Notes: generated from the sequence alone by a model not told the origin. A stretch of 64,000 bases of DNA from Candidatus Bathyarchaeia archaeon (GCA_050012755.1 JBEKGO010000004.1:1-64000); one strand, 5' to 3'. Positions 10,647-19,863 are shown, counted from the first letter of the stretch. Made by a program: numbers and translations.

Positions 10647-10723
10647 TGGAGCCTTCGGCGGGATTTGGACCCGCGACCATTACCTTACCAAGGTAACGCC
10701 CCACCGGGCTAGGCTACGAAGGC
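10647..10723 (-). tRNA. tRNA-Thr(GGT), CCA encoded
   Basis: GCCTTCG/CGAAGGC acceptor stem, TTACC-TTGGTAA-GGTAA anticodon arm, T-arm GCGGG-TCCAAAT-CCCGC, U73-CCA. Confidence 0.95.
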
Positions 10724-10908
10724 GCTTTGTGCTGTTACCGTGAAAGAACTGCTTCTTTGCAATAAAACGCTTACGGTTTATGCGGCAAAAAAGGGCTTCG
10801 CGGGTTTTACAGATTTTTTCTATTGAATTGTTGCAAGGTGTTGCGCACTTTTTCGCGTAGTAATACTGACTTTATTGATCTATGGGTATTGCATTCATTT
10901 TCTGTCCT

Positions 10909-11665
10909 GAACTTTTTTGACTTTTTTAGACTTTTTTTTGACTCAACCTGCAACCGATTCAAGCTCTGAACCGAAAAAGCAACTTGAAACAAAGAGAACA
11001 AAACTGCCCTAAAATCCGTCAATAACTTGTTTTCATGTGCGAAAATGATGTTTTTGGGACGCAGGGAGACGCATAAAACCGCATAGAGCCGCAGTCTGCA
11101 AAGAAATCAAGCTTAGATTTAGAAAAGCAACTTAAATTACAAAGAGCAAAAAATGGGGCAGGGTTTGCTTAGGTTTGCGCAGGTTTGCGTGCTTTTGCTT
11201 CTGTTTGCTTCCTTTTGCTTAGGTTTGCTACTGTTTACTCAACCTGCAAAGAAATCAAACCCTAAACCAAAAAAGCAACCCAATGCACAAAGGACAAAAT
11301 CTTGTGCAGAAACCTTACAATAACCACCCGTTTTCGCGCATTTCCACACAAAATTACACATATAAACACATTTTAACACAATTAGACACATTTCAACACA
11401 AATCCACACAAATAAACACGCAACCTACAAACATCACACACCCTGAACCAAAAAAACAACCCAACACACAAAGAACAAAAACTGCACAGAAATCCGTCAA
11501 TAAGACCAAAACAACAAAAATATACCACCTAAACCCTTTGATTGTCAAAAAATGTCTAATAATGTCAAATTTTGTCAAATATTGTCGAAAAATGTATCAA
11601 CCTGCAACCAATCCAAACCCTGAACCTAAAAAGCAAACTGAAACACAAAGAACAAAAATTGCAGA
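10909..11665. repeat. Composite array: five ~65-bp degenerate repeats, each preceded by a block of 10-bp-period motifs
   Basis: CAACCTGCAA..CCTGAACC..AAAAGCAAC..CAAAGAACAAAA starts at 10944, 11092, 11240, 11421, 11598; phased blocks GACT, CGCA, TTTGC, ACACA, TGTC. Confidence 0.9.
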
Positions 11666-11770
11666 GCGCAACAGCAGAATAGTTGACTCACTCACTTGCG
11701 CTTTGATGTGTGGGAAAAGCTTCATATTAATTAGTTACTACACAGTCTACCTCGTCTTGTGTAGGCATGT

Positions 11771-11858
11771 GCAGGGGTCTCCAAGCCAGGTCAACGGAGT
11801 AGGGCTTAGGACCCTATCGCGTAGGCGTTCGTGGGTTCAAATCCCACCCCCTGCACCA
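11771..11858 (+). tRNA. tRNA-Leu(TAG), CCA encoded
   Basis: GCAGGGG/CCCCTGC acceptor stem, TAGGG-CTTAGGA-CCCTA anticodon arm, long variable arm, GTTCAAATC, A73-CCA. Confidence 0.95.
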
Positions 11859-11986
11859 TATCAGAACCACCAATTTGTCATTTTTTTTTAAAACTTAAGA
11901 AGACAAAATTCCTAGTTAGCTCAATGCAAAATCTCTTTGGAAAGAATTTTTGTTTTAATAAAAGCTTCTAGAAGGAGGGTCGCTTT

Positions 11987-12244
11987 TTAGAGGAGCTTAT
12001 TAAATTCGTCAACTGAGAGGTCGACTTCCCTGATAATGGTGCGCAGCATTCCTTTTCCAAGCGGCTTGTGCGCAGGAACAACCACCATGTTCTCGTTTTT
12101 CCTACAGCCGAATAACGAAATGTATTTCTGTTTATTTGTAAGCCGCATAACTATGTGGCTGCCTTTCTGATTGTTAACAACATAGCCGATGTCTACTAGA
12201 GCTTTGACAACTCTGTCATAATTAACAGACGTTAACTTAGACAC
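11987..12244 (-). CDS. hicA: HicA-family toxin
   Basis: VVKAL..GY..QKGSHIVM..VVPAHKPLGKGMLRTII; GTG start overlapping the hicB 3' end. Confidence 0.88.
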   Translation of the reverse strand: MSKLTSVNYDRVVKALVDIGYVVNNQKGSHIVMRLTNKQKYISLFGCRKNENMVVVPAHKPLGKGMLRTIIREVDLSVDEFNKLL

Positions 12245-12440
12245 TGACTTGCACCGTTTCAATAGGGACTGGATCGCCGTGTTATTTCAGCGCCTCAAGG
12301 TATGCCTGAATTGCTTCCTTGACATTTTTCATAAGTTCCTCTCTTGTTCTTCCTTCCGTAGCGCAACCCGGCAAGTCAGGAACTTTGGCGACAAGAACGC
12401 CATCTTCGTCCTTTTCTATTATCACTCTGTATTTGAGCAT
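12237..12440 (-). pseudogene. hicB: HicB-family antitoxin with in-frame premature stop
   Basis: MLKYRVIIEKDEDG..VPDLPGCATEGRT..EAIQAYLEALK*HGDPVPIETVQVSV*; TAA at 12284-12282 interrupts the frame. Confidence 0.75.
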
Positions 12441-12572
12441 ACGTCTGCTTAGGGGCTTGGAAATTCTTAAGCTTTCCCCTTTTTCCAATCGACTAGAACG
12501 CTAAAATGAGGAATGACTTAGGCAATGAAAATGGCGAAGATGAAATGCTGAAATAAATTCTTTGGATTTTTC

Positions 12573-12622
12573 AGGACCCTATCGCGTAGGCGTTCGTGGG
12601 TTCAAATCCCACCCCCGGCACC
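12573..12622 (+). repeat. att-like copy of the tRNA-Leu 3' half
   Basis: AGGACCCTATCGCGTAGGCGTTCGTGGGTTCAAATCCCACCCCCGGCACC, 1 mismatch to 11808-11857; begins in the anticodon loop. Confidence 0.92.
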
Positions 12623-12697
12623 TTGTTCGAAAGGTTAAACTCACTCAATTTTCGCACGTTTCAAGTGTCTACGAAAACGACTTCAAATTCTAACTGG

Positions 12698-13306
12698 TTA
12701 CCATCTGTCATAATGAAGCTTCTTCTGTAATGATATTGGTTTCTGCTTCACAAAGTAGTCTTTTGGGTATCCTATCGGAATCAGAGCTGCCACCTCATAA
12801 CCATGTGGTATACTCAGCATCTTCTTTAGTTGCTCCGTATCGTTCGTTATGAAGGTCACGCCGTACAATTCTTCAGCAGCCATTGCCAACAGAATGTTCT
12901 CTATGCATGCCCAAACAGAAGCAAAATTGTTCAGGTCATAGAGTGTCTTGCATTCTTTGAAAGTCTTTCTCATTCTGAAGCAGACGATAAGCAATTCAGG
13001 TGAGGTCAGCATCATCCTTTTTTGGACAGGCAGTGCAGCCAAATATGCTGGCTTCTCCCACTCTTCCATTTTGCTGATTGCTTTTTCCACTTCTTCTTCG
13101 GAAAAATTCTTGCCTTTGGCTGCAGCTACAACTTTCTCGCGTTGTTCAAAATCCTTTAACAGGATGAATTCCCATTCTCTGAGGTGATTATGCGTTGGAG
13201 CCTTCAATCCTGCCTCGAGAACTCTCATGAGTTTTTCTTCCTCAACAGGCTTGGACTGAAATTCCCTAACCGTCCTTCTCCTTTCAACAGCTTCATATAA
13301 CTCCAT
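12698..13306 (-). CDS. Nitroreductase family protein
   Basis: RRTVREF, APTHNHLREWEF, ENILLAMAAE, IPIGYP. Confidence 0.9.
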   Translation of the reverse strand: MELYEAVERRRTVREFQSKPVEEEKLMRVLEAGLKAPTHNHLREWEFILLKDFEQREKVVAAAKGKNFSEEEVEKAISKMEEWEKPAYLAALPVQKRMMLTSPELLIVCFRMRKTFKECKTLYDLNNFASVWACIENILLAMAAEELYGVTFITNDTEQLKKMLSIPHGYEVAALIPIGYPKDYFVKQKPISLQKKLHYDRW

Positions 13307-13481
13307 ACTGACCCCCAATCTTTTATTCAACGTTAAATGACCTCCATCCTTATATTGGTAATACGCGAAGGAAGAATGACTGTTCTTACTCGTGTACCAA
13401 GCCGAGTTCTCTTATATGCAAAAATCTTTCTAAGAAAAGTATAGCACGAAGACGAAGCGATAACGGAAGAAAAAAGGATTT

Positions 13482-13528
13482 GCGGGTGAGTCTCCACTTG
13501 ATTGGGGGTTCAAATCCCACCACCTGCA
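13482..13528 (+). repeat. Mini tRNA-Leu-like element, copy A
   Basis: GCGGGTG..TCTCCA..GGGGTTCAAATCCCACCACCTGCA: acceptor-stem-like pairing plus T-arm, no anticodon arm. Confidence 0.65.
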
Positions 13529-13614
13529 CTTTTATAACTAAAACATGCGAAGAGTTACAAAGGATGATTTTTTCTAAAAAAGAAAAAGAGAGTAAATATG
13601 CCTATGCCGAGGTT

Positions 13615-13677
13615 TTACTTTTTCTTTACTGGGGCTTTCTTAACTGCTTTCTTAGCTGGTTTCTTCGCCACTGTCAT
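13615..13677 (-). CDS. 20-aa Lys/Ala/Pro-rich micropeptide MTVAKKPAKKAVKKAPVKKK
   Basis: GAGGAG just upstream of the ATG; TATA-like TTATAAAT ~35 nt upstream; strongly biased composition. Confidence 0.65.
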   Translation of the reverse strand: MTVAKKPAKKAVKKAPVKKK

Positions 13678-13799
13678 ACTCCTCGGGATTTCATATATGT
13701 CTGTAGTTTGTATTTATAATTTGCTTAAATCAAAGAGGAAAAAGATAACAAAGCTTAATATTGCCTCAAAAAATTAAAGAGACTGTGAAGGAAGACGAT

Positions 13800-14021
13800 A
13801 TGAACGAAATAGAAATTGCGGTAGCTCCAATGCATAGAATATGTAAAAAAGCTGGAGCAGCCCGGGTGAGTGAAGCAGCAGCGCAGGAGCTTGCAAAAGT
13901 TCTCGAGGAGATTGGCGTCAAGATAGCAAAAGAAGCATGGGATTATGCTACATACGCTGGAAGAAAGACCATCAAAACGGAAGACATTGAAATCGCTATT
14001 AGAAAAGTCATGAAAAAATAG
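13800..14021 (+). CDS. Archaeal histone (HMf-like histone fold)
   Basis: IAVAPMHRICKKAGAARVSEAA..AGRKTIKTEDIEIA. Confidence 0.93.
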   Translation: MNEIEIAVAPMHRICKKAGAARVSEAAAQELAKVLEEIGVKIAKEAWDYATYAGRKTIKTEDIEIAIRKVMKK

Positions 14022-14108
14022 TAATCTAATGGCACAAGTGCATCTGTTTCTTAACTTTCTATAAAGAACTACTCCATTAACCGTTTGGAAAACAAAAAAA
14101 GGGGAAAT

Positions 14109-14152
14109 GCGGGTGACATCTCCACGCTTTAGAGGGTTCAAATCCCCCTGCA
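14109..14152 (+). repeat. Mini tRNA-Leu-like element, copy B
   Basis: GCGGGTGACATCTCCACGC..GGGTTCAAATCCCCCTGCA, homologous to copy A. Confidence 0.6.
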
Positions 14153-14278
14153 CTTTTAAATCGCTTAACAATATAGGTTTCAATGAAAGCAACCTCAACA
14201 AAAGGGATAGTGTTCTTTTCTGAGAACACAGCGTTCCGCAGGGAGAGCTATTAGGGCATATCATCTACTTCAGAAAGG

Positions 14279-15415
14279 GTGCGAGCTATGAAGAAAGTGC
14301 TTGGTATATTCCTCATTCTGATCGGCATTATAGCTACATGCTTGACTAGTTTTCAGTTCGCAAAGGCACAGTCTGAAAATTCTTGGGTTCAAAAAGCACC
14401 TATGCTGACGGCCCGATCAGATTTTGGAGTGGCCGTTGTAAACGGGATAATATACGCTATAGGTGGATCCACAGGTCCTCAGCTTGTAGGATACAATGAC
14501 TACTCTGATGTGTCAACAAACGTGACTGAAGCCTATGATCCAGCAACCAATGCTTGGACTGAAAAAGCGCCTATGCCAATTGCACTGTCTAGCTTTGGTG
14601 TTGCAGTTTACCAGAACAAAATCTACTGTATAGGACAAAACCAAAACGAAGTTTACGATCCATCAACAAATACTTGGGAAACAAAAACTCCTATGCCGGA
14701 TGAGGCTTATCAGTTGCAAGCAAACGTTGTTAATAATAGGATCTATCTGATAGGCGGATACCCCAAGGGAACAGTCAACGAGGTCTATGACCCAGCAAAA
14801 GATTCTTGGGCTATAAAAGCGCCAATACCAACGGCGGTGGCTGATTATGCATCTGCAGTAGTAGGTAGCAAAATATACATTATTTCTGGGCAGGCAATTG
14901 GTTCGTATCCCAACGGTCAAGTCGCGGTAACTGCAAACTTGACCCAAATATACGACCCGGTAGCTGATTCTTGGAGTTTGGGCGCTGCCATTCCTATGGG
15001 CGTTTGTAACGCGGCAGCTGGTTTGACAACTGGTGCTAACGTGTCAGAGGCAATCTATGTTATGGGTGGATGTAACGTAACTTATCCATTAGATGCTCAA
15101 GTTACAAATCAAGTGTATTTTCCAGAAAATAATTCTTGGAGAGTTGGAGCCTCTATGCCAATGGATCGAGCCTGGTTAAGCGTGGCCGTGGTGAACGATA
15201 CATTGTATGCGATGGGAGGAGGGCATAATATTTTCATGAAAACTTCAACCATCAACATGCAATACACACCCTTTAATACTACTCAGCTAAGCACTTCTTC
15301 TACTCCTTCAGTTCCAGAGTTGCCAACATGGGCTGTCCTCTCATTAATTGCTGTAACACTTTTGTCCTTCACTTTCAAGAAAAGAAGAGAGACTAAAGTT
15401 TTTTCTCGAAGGTAA
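14279..15415 (+). CDS. Secreted Kelch-repeat protein with C-terminal PEF-CTERM-like anchor
   Basis: Signal peptide, Kelch repeats, S/T linker, VPELP + TM helix + KKRR. Confidence 0.9.
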   Translation: MRAMKKVLGIFLILIGIIATCLTSFQFAKAQSENSWVQKAPMLTARSDFGVAVVNGIIYAIGGSTGPQLVGYNDYSDVSTNVTEAYDPATNAWTEKAPMPIALSSFGVAVYQNKIYCIGQNQNEVYDPSTNTWETKTPMPDEAYQLQANVVNNRIYLIGGYPKGTVNEVYDPAKDSWAIKAPIPTAVADYASAVVGSKIYIISGQAIGSYPNGQVAVTANLTQIYDPVADSWSLGAAIPMGVCNAAAGLTTGANVSEAIYVMGGCNVTYPLDAQVTNQVYFPENNSWRVGASMPMDRAWLSVAVVNDTLYAMGGGHNIFMKTSTINMQYTPFNTTQLSTSSTPSVPELPTWAVLSLIAVTLLSFTFKKRRETKVFSRR

Positions 15416-15578
15416 CTTTTAGCTCACCCCAAACAGGTCTAGAGCTGGAAAAAAAGTCTTAAATCAAGATAGATTTCTTGCATGTTATTTGGTGAACTTT
15501 ATTTCTGATTATTATTGATAGTTCATAATGCTTTTGTACGTTTCTCAGCCTATTACAAGTTAACACCATTTTCAACAA

Positions 15579-16037
15579 TTGGTGGTTCACACCTTGAAAA
15601 CGGTGCGAAGAAAAAATAAGTTGGCAAAACAGAGTCAGCGTGAGAATTTTGATCAACTTCTACTGGAAGCCATAGATGAAGGATTATCCAGTCTCGGCGA
15701 AGCTGCAAAAGCCTCAATTTATTTTCACCTCGAAGGCCGCTTCAACATTAAAAAACAGGAAATACCCAGCAAGCTAAATGATTTTTCGAATGCACTGGAG
15801 CGCATTTTCGGATTAGGTACCCGACACTTTGAAATATTGTTTATGAAAAAGCTTCACGCCAAATTTGAAGTAACTTTTAAGTGGCCCACGTATGAATGGC
15901 CATTGTCAAAGTGGATTGTTCCAGAGATGACATTTCAAGAGTATGTGCGCCTCATGCGGGAGAGCTTTGAAGCTGAAAACAATCCAAAAATGGAATTTGG
16001 AGTTTTAATAAATGAACATGAAGAATTACAGAAGTAA
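15579..16037 (+). CDS. Conserved archaeal hypothetical protein associated with signalling genes
   Basis: LLLEAIDEGLSSLGE..IYFHLE..EIP..FSNALERIFG; overlaps the kinase start. Confidence 0.7.
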   Translation: MVVHTLKTVRRKNKLAKQSQRENFDQLLLEAIDEGLSSLGEAAKASIYFHLEGRFNIKKQEIPSKLNDFSNALERIFGLGTRHFEILFMKKLHAKFEVTFKWPTYEWPLSKWIVPEMTFQEYVRLMRESFEAENNPKMEFGVLINEHEELQK

Positions 16038-19000
16038 AGCAACAGTCAGAGTTCTTTTAAACTTGTTATCTGACCCAGTAGCCTTAGTTGATGAAAAAGG
16101 AAATTTCCTCCTAGTAAATGATGCGTTCCAAGAAGTAACTGGACTAAATGGGAACGAATTAGTCGGAACCCCCATACTTAAACTCAACATTGTTTCACCA
16201 GAAAGTAAAGCTACTCTCTTAGAAAATCTAAAAAACCGTTTGCAAGGTGCTCCTGTTGAAACATATGAGGTTTGTTTTACAGCTAAAGCTGGCGAAATAA
16301 GGTGGGTTGAAGTAACTGGAAAAATAATCAGCTATGACGGGAAACCTGCTAGCCTTGTCGTTTTCCATGACGTTACAGATCGAAAAAAGAAAACCGACGA
16401 GCAAATTAGGTTTTCGGAGGAGAAGTACAAGAACCTTTTCGAAAACGCACCAGACGTTATCGTTACCCTCGATTTGTCTGGGAAAATAACTTCGGTAAAT
16501 AAGGCTATCATGCAGCATGGCTTTAAGGAAAATGAAATCGTTGGGAACAGCGTATTCAAGCTTGTTCCAATAGAATTCAATCAACAAATGCTCGCAGACC
16601 TCAAAAACATAGCTGCTGGGAAACCTTCTCAAGGTGAAACCGAAATAATAACTCCTAAGGGAAAGAGAAATGCAGAGTACAGTAGCAACCCCATATGGTT
16701 AAATGGCAAAGTCGTTGGTTATCAAACGACAATTAGAGACATCACCGAACGCAAAGAAACGCAGGAAAGTCTGGAAAAAGAGCAGAAGGAACTCAACCGC
16801 ATTATCGATTCTTCGCCAATCATAATTTTCTACAAAGATAAAGACGGAAAATTTATACGCGTCAGTCAAGCATTTGCTGAATCGCTCAAAATCCCTAAAG
16901 AAGAATTTATCGGAAAAACGGTTTTTGACTTATACTCCGCCGAGATTGCGCGAGGAATGACAAACGACGACTTAGAGGTTCTAAAATCAGGGTGTCCAAA
17001 ACTTGGCATAATAGAACAATATGAATCCGCAAGTGGCATGAGATGGGTGCAGACAGATAAAGTTCCCATTCTTGACAAAAATGGCATTTCAGCCGGTCTG
17101 ATAGGCTTTGCTCAAGACATTACTGATCGAAAAAAAACTGAGCAGATTCTGAAAGCTGACGAAGAAAAGTTCCGAAACCTCGCCGAGAATTCTCCTAACA
17201 TGATTTTCATCTACCAAAAAGGCAAAGTAGTGTACGCCAACAAAGAAGCAGAAAAAGCCATGGGATACACTAAAGAAGAGTACTATTCTTCTGAGTTCAA
17301 CTTTCTTGATTTAATTACGCCGGAAAACCGAGCGCTGGCCGTTACAAATTTTGCCAAACATACGAAAGGCGAAGATACAACGCCATACGAATATGGATTG
17401 ATGACGAAGGATGGAAGGAGAATTGATTCGTTACTTACTGTAAAAATCATTACTTTCAATGGAGAACCGGCCATTCTCGGAATTGTAACGGACATAACTC
17501 AGCGCAAACGCGTGCAAAATATTTTGAAAGAAAGTGAAGAGAAATTCCGCGCTATAACAAATTCAGTCAGAGACGCTATTATCATGGTCGATAATCGAGC
17601 AAAAGTTGCATCCTGGAATCCAGCTGCCGAGAAAACGTTTGGCTACTCAAAAAAGAAAGCAATTGGCAAAAATATCCATGAACTAATCGTCCCCAAGACA
17701 ATGTGCTTAGAAAGTAGAGAATACATTAGAATCGGCGTCAAACGGTTTGCTAACACGGGAAGCGGCGACTTCACGAATGGGAATGTTGAGTTGATAGGAC
17801 GAAAAAAGGACGGCGCGGAGTTTCCAGTCAAACTATCCATAACTCCAATTAAGTTAAGGGGAAAATGGAGTGCAGTCGGAGTCGTAAAGGACATAACCGA
17901 GAGAAAACAAGCCGAGCAGGAGCTCGAAGAGGCTGGAAAACGTTATCACACTTTATTTAATGAGGCACCTTTAGGAGTGTTGGTTATCGACCCTCAAACT
18001 GGAAAGGCTGTCGAGTTCAATGATGTAGCCCATCTCCAGCTGGGTTATTCCAGAGAAGAGTTTTCAAAACTGTGCATTTCCGATTTTGAAGCAAAAGAGG
18101 AAGCTGCCGAAACAAACGCTCACATAGCCAAAATGTTGAGGCAAGGAGGAGACGAGTTTGAGACCGAACACCGCACCAAATACGGAGAGATTAGAAATGT
18201 TCTAGTAAACACCAAAGCAGTTGAATTAGCGGGCAAAACATTCCTCTATTGTATTTTCCACGACATAACAGAGATCAGAAAAGTGCAAGAAGCCTTAATG
18301 AAAAGTGAAACGCAATATCGCCAACTAGTTAATGTTGCGCAAGAAGGCATTTGGGCATTTGATAGCAACTATTGCACTGTTTTTGTTAATCCCCGAACTG
18401 CGGAGATGTTGGGATACGCAGAAAGTGAAATGGTTGGAAAAAGCATATTCGACTTCTTGGATAAAAGAGTCGTTGAAGAACCAAAACAGTTTTTGGGCCT
18501 ATTCAAGCAGAGAGCAAAGGAGAATTTTGAATATGAATTTCTACGAAAAGACAGGTCTAGAGTTTGCACGAGTATAACTGCCTCAGCCCTTAAAGATGAC
18601 AAAGGGCAAAGCGTTGGAACACTTGCGCTCGTCGTAGATATCACTGAACGAAAGAAAAAAGAGCTCGAACTTGAAGAGGAAAGAAACAAGTTTGAAGCTC
18701 TAGCTCAAAGTGTCGGCGCAGGCTTCGCGGTTGTCAACAAAGACTATCATGTGCTGTGGGCAAATAAGTTCATAAAAAACTATAAAGGTGGTGTCGAGGG
18801 CAAACTTTGCTATGCAACGCTCAATGATTTAGACCATGTTTGCCCTGACTGTGGTGTTAAAAAAGTCTTTGAAAACGGAGCAAATTCTGATGCTCATGAA
18901 TACTCTTCCATTGATATTAAAGGAAATCCTTACTGGGTTGAACTTATCGCGACCCCGATTAAGGATGGTGACGGAAATGTCGTTTCAGCGGCAGAAATCG

Positions 19001-19863
19001 CGGTAGATATTACTGAAAAGAAAAGGCTACAAAGTAAACTAGCAGAGTATTCTCATAAGCTCGAAAGATTAGTTGAAGAAAGAACCAAACAGCTGAAAGA
19101 AACACAAGCGCAGCTCGTTAAGTCTGAAAGGCTAGCGGCAATCGGCGAGCTTGCTGGGATGGTTGGGCATGATCTTCGTAACCCATTGACAGGTATTAAA
19201 AACGCTGTATACTTTTTGAAAAAGAAGGGCGCAACAATTTCTGAATCTCAAGCTAAAGAAATGTTTGAAATCATCGATAAAGGCATTGATCACTCAGACA
19301 AAATCATCAACGACCTATTAGAATACGCGAGAGAGATGCATCTGGAACTCACAAAATACGAAGCACACGCTCTTGTGGATGAGGCTATAAGGACGATTAA
19401 GGTTCCGGACCAAATACAAATCCTAAACCATGTTCAGGAAGAAACTTGGGTTTGGGTCAACGCTGACAAAATGATGCGAGTTTTCATAAACCTCATCAAG
19501 AATGCAATTGACGCCATCCCTGAGAAGGGAAAACTTGAAATCAGTAGTTGCCAAACCAAAGACAGCGTGGAGATCGCTTTCGCCGACACTGGCACAGGCA
19601 TACCTGAAGAAACTTTGAAAAAGATTTTCACGCCTCTTTTCACCACTAAAGCTCAGGGCATGGGTTTCGGTCTTGCTATATGCAAACGCATCATAGAGGC
19701 GCATGGGGGCACAATAACTGTGGAAACAGAAGTGAATAAGGGAACAACGTTCACAGTAACTTTGCCATTTAAACCTAAAGTGGATGTTGGAGGTGAAAAA
19801 ACATGGGTAAACATGCCAGAATCCTTGTTGTTGACGACGACGAAAACATTAGAAACACAGTGA
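16012..19863 (+). CDS. Multi-PAS sensor histidine kinase
   Basis: ~8 PAS/PAC repeats (DITERK), H-box GHDLRNPL, N-box NLIKNAIDA, G-boxes DTGTGI and GMGFGL. Confidence 0.96.
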   Translation: MNMKNYRSKATVRVLLNLLSDPVALVDEKGNFLLVNDAFQEVTGLNGNELVGTPILKLNIVSPESKATLLENLKNRLQGAPVETYEVCFTAKAGEIRWVEVTGKIISYDGKPASLVVFHDVTDRKKKTDEQIRFSEEKYKNLFENAPDVIVTLDLSGKITSVNKAIMQHGFKENEIVGNSVFKLVPIEFNQQMLADLKNIAAGKPSQGETEIITPKGKRNAEYSSNPIWLNGKVVGYQTTIRDITERKETQESLEKEQKELNRIIDSSPIIIFYKDKDGKFIRVSQAFAESLKIPKEEFIGKTVFDLYSAEIARGMTNDDLEVLKSGCPKLGIIEQYESASGMRWVQTDKVPILDKNGISAGLIGFAQDITDRKKTEQILKADEEKFRNLAENSPNMIFIYQKGKVVYANKEAEKAMGYTKEEYYSSEFNFLDLITPENRALAVTNFAKHTKGEDTTPYEYGLMTKDGRRIDSLLTVKIITFNGEPAILGIVTDITQRKRVQNILKESEEKFRAITNSVRDAIIMVDNRAKVASWNPAAEKTFGYSKKKAIGKNIHELIVPKTMCLESREYIRIGVKRFANTGSGDFTNGNVELIGRKKDGAEFPVKLSITPIKLRGKWSAVGVVKDITERKQAEQELEEAGKRYHTLFNEAPLGVLVIDPQTGKAVEFNDVAHLQLGYSREEFSKLCISDFEAKEEAAETNAHIAKMLRQGGDEFETEHRTKYGEIRNVLVNTKAVELAGKTFLYCIFHDITEIRKVQEALMKSETQYRQLVNVAQEGIWAFDSNYCTVFVNPRTAEMLGYAESEMVGKSIFDFLDKRVVEEPKQFLGLFKQRAKENFEYEFLRKDRSRVCTSITASALKDDKGQSVGTLALVVDITERKKKELELEEERNKFEALAQSVGAGFAVVNKDYHVLWANKFIKNYKGGVEGKLCYATLNDLDHVCPDCGVKKVFENGANSDAHEYSSIDIKGNPYWVELIATPIKDGDGNVVSAAEIAVDITEKKRLQSKLAEYSHKLERLVEERTKQLKETQAQLVKSERLAAIGELAGMVGHDLRNPLTGIKNAVYFLKKKGATISESQAKEMFEIIDKGIDHSDKIINDLLEYAREMHLELTKYEAHALVDEAIRTIKVPDQIQILNHVQEETWVWVNADKMMRVFINLIKNAIDAIPEKGKLEISSCQTKDSVEIAFADTGTGIPEETLKKIFTPLFTTKAQGMGFGLAICKRIIEAHGGTITVETEVNKGTTFTVTLPFKPKVDVGGEKTWVNMPESLLLTTTKTLETQ

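Larger units (their letters stand above)
8187..10691. mobile_element. Decayed ~2.5 kb element integrated at tRNA-Thr
   Basis: 45-bp direct repeats at both ends, integrase remnant, Kelch cargo gene. Confidence 0.65.

Noticed and set aside
10909-11665. CRISPR array interpretation
   Set aside because: Repeats are ~65 bp and degenerate, the intervening DNA is itself periodic, and there are no cas genes in the window.
11283-11891. 202-aa ORF (and 10807-11022, 11393-11578)
   Set aside because: These run through the repeat array and tRNA-Leu, have low-complexity translations, and the frame is not kept across repeat units.
19803-19863. 61-bp overlap of kinase and response regulator
   Set aside because: A simple C-terminal extension past the HATPase domain; not unusual.
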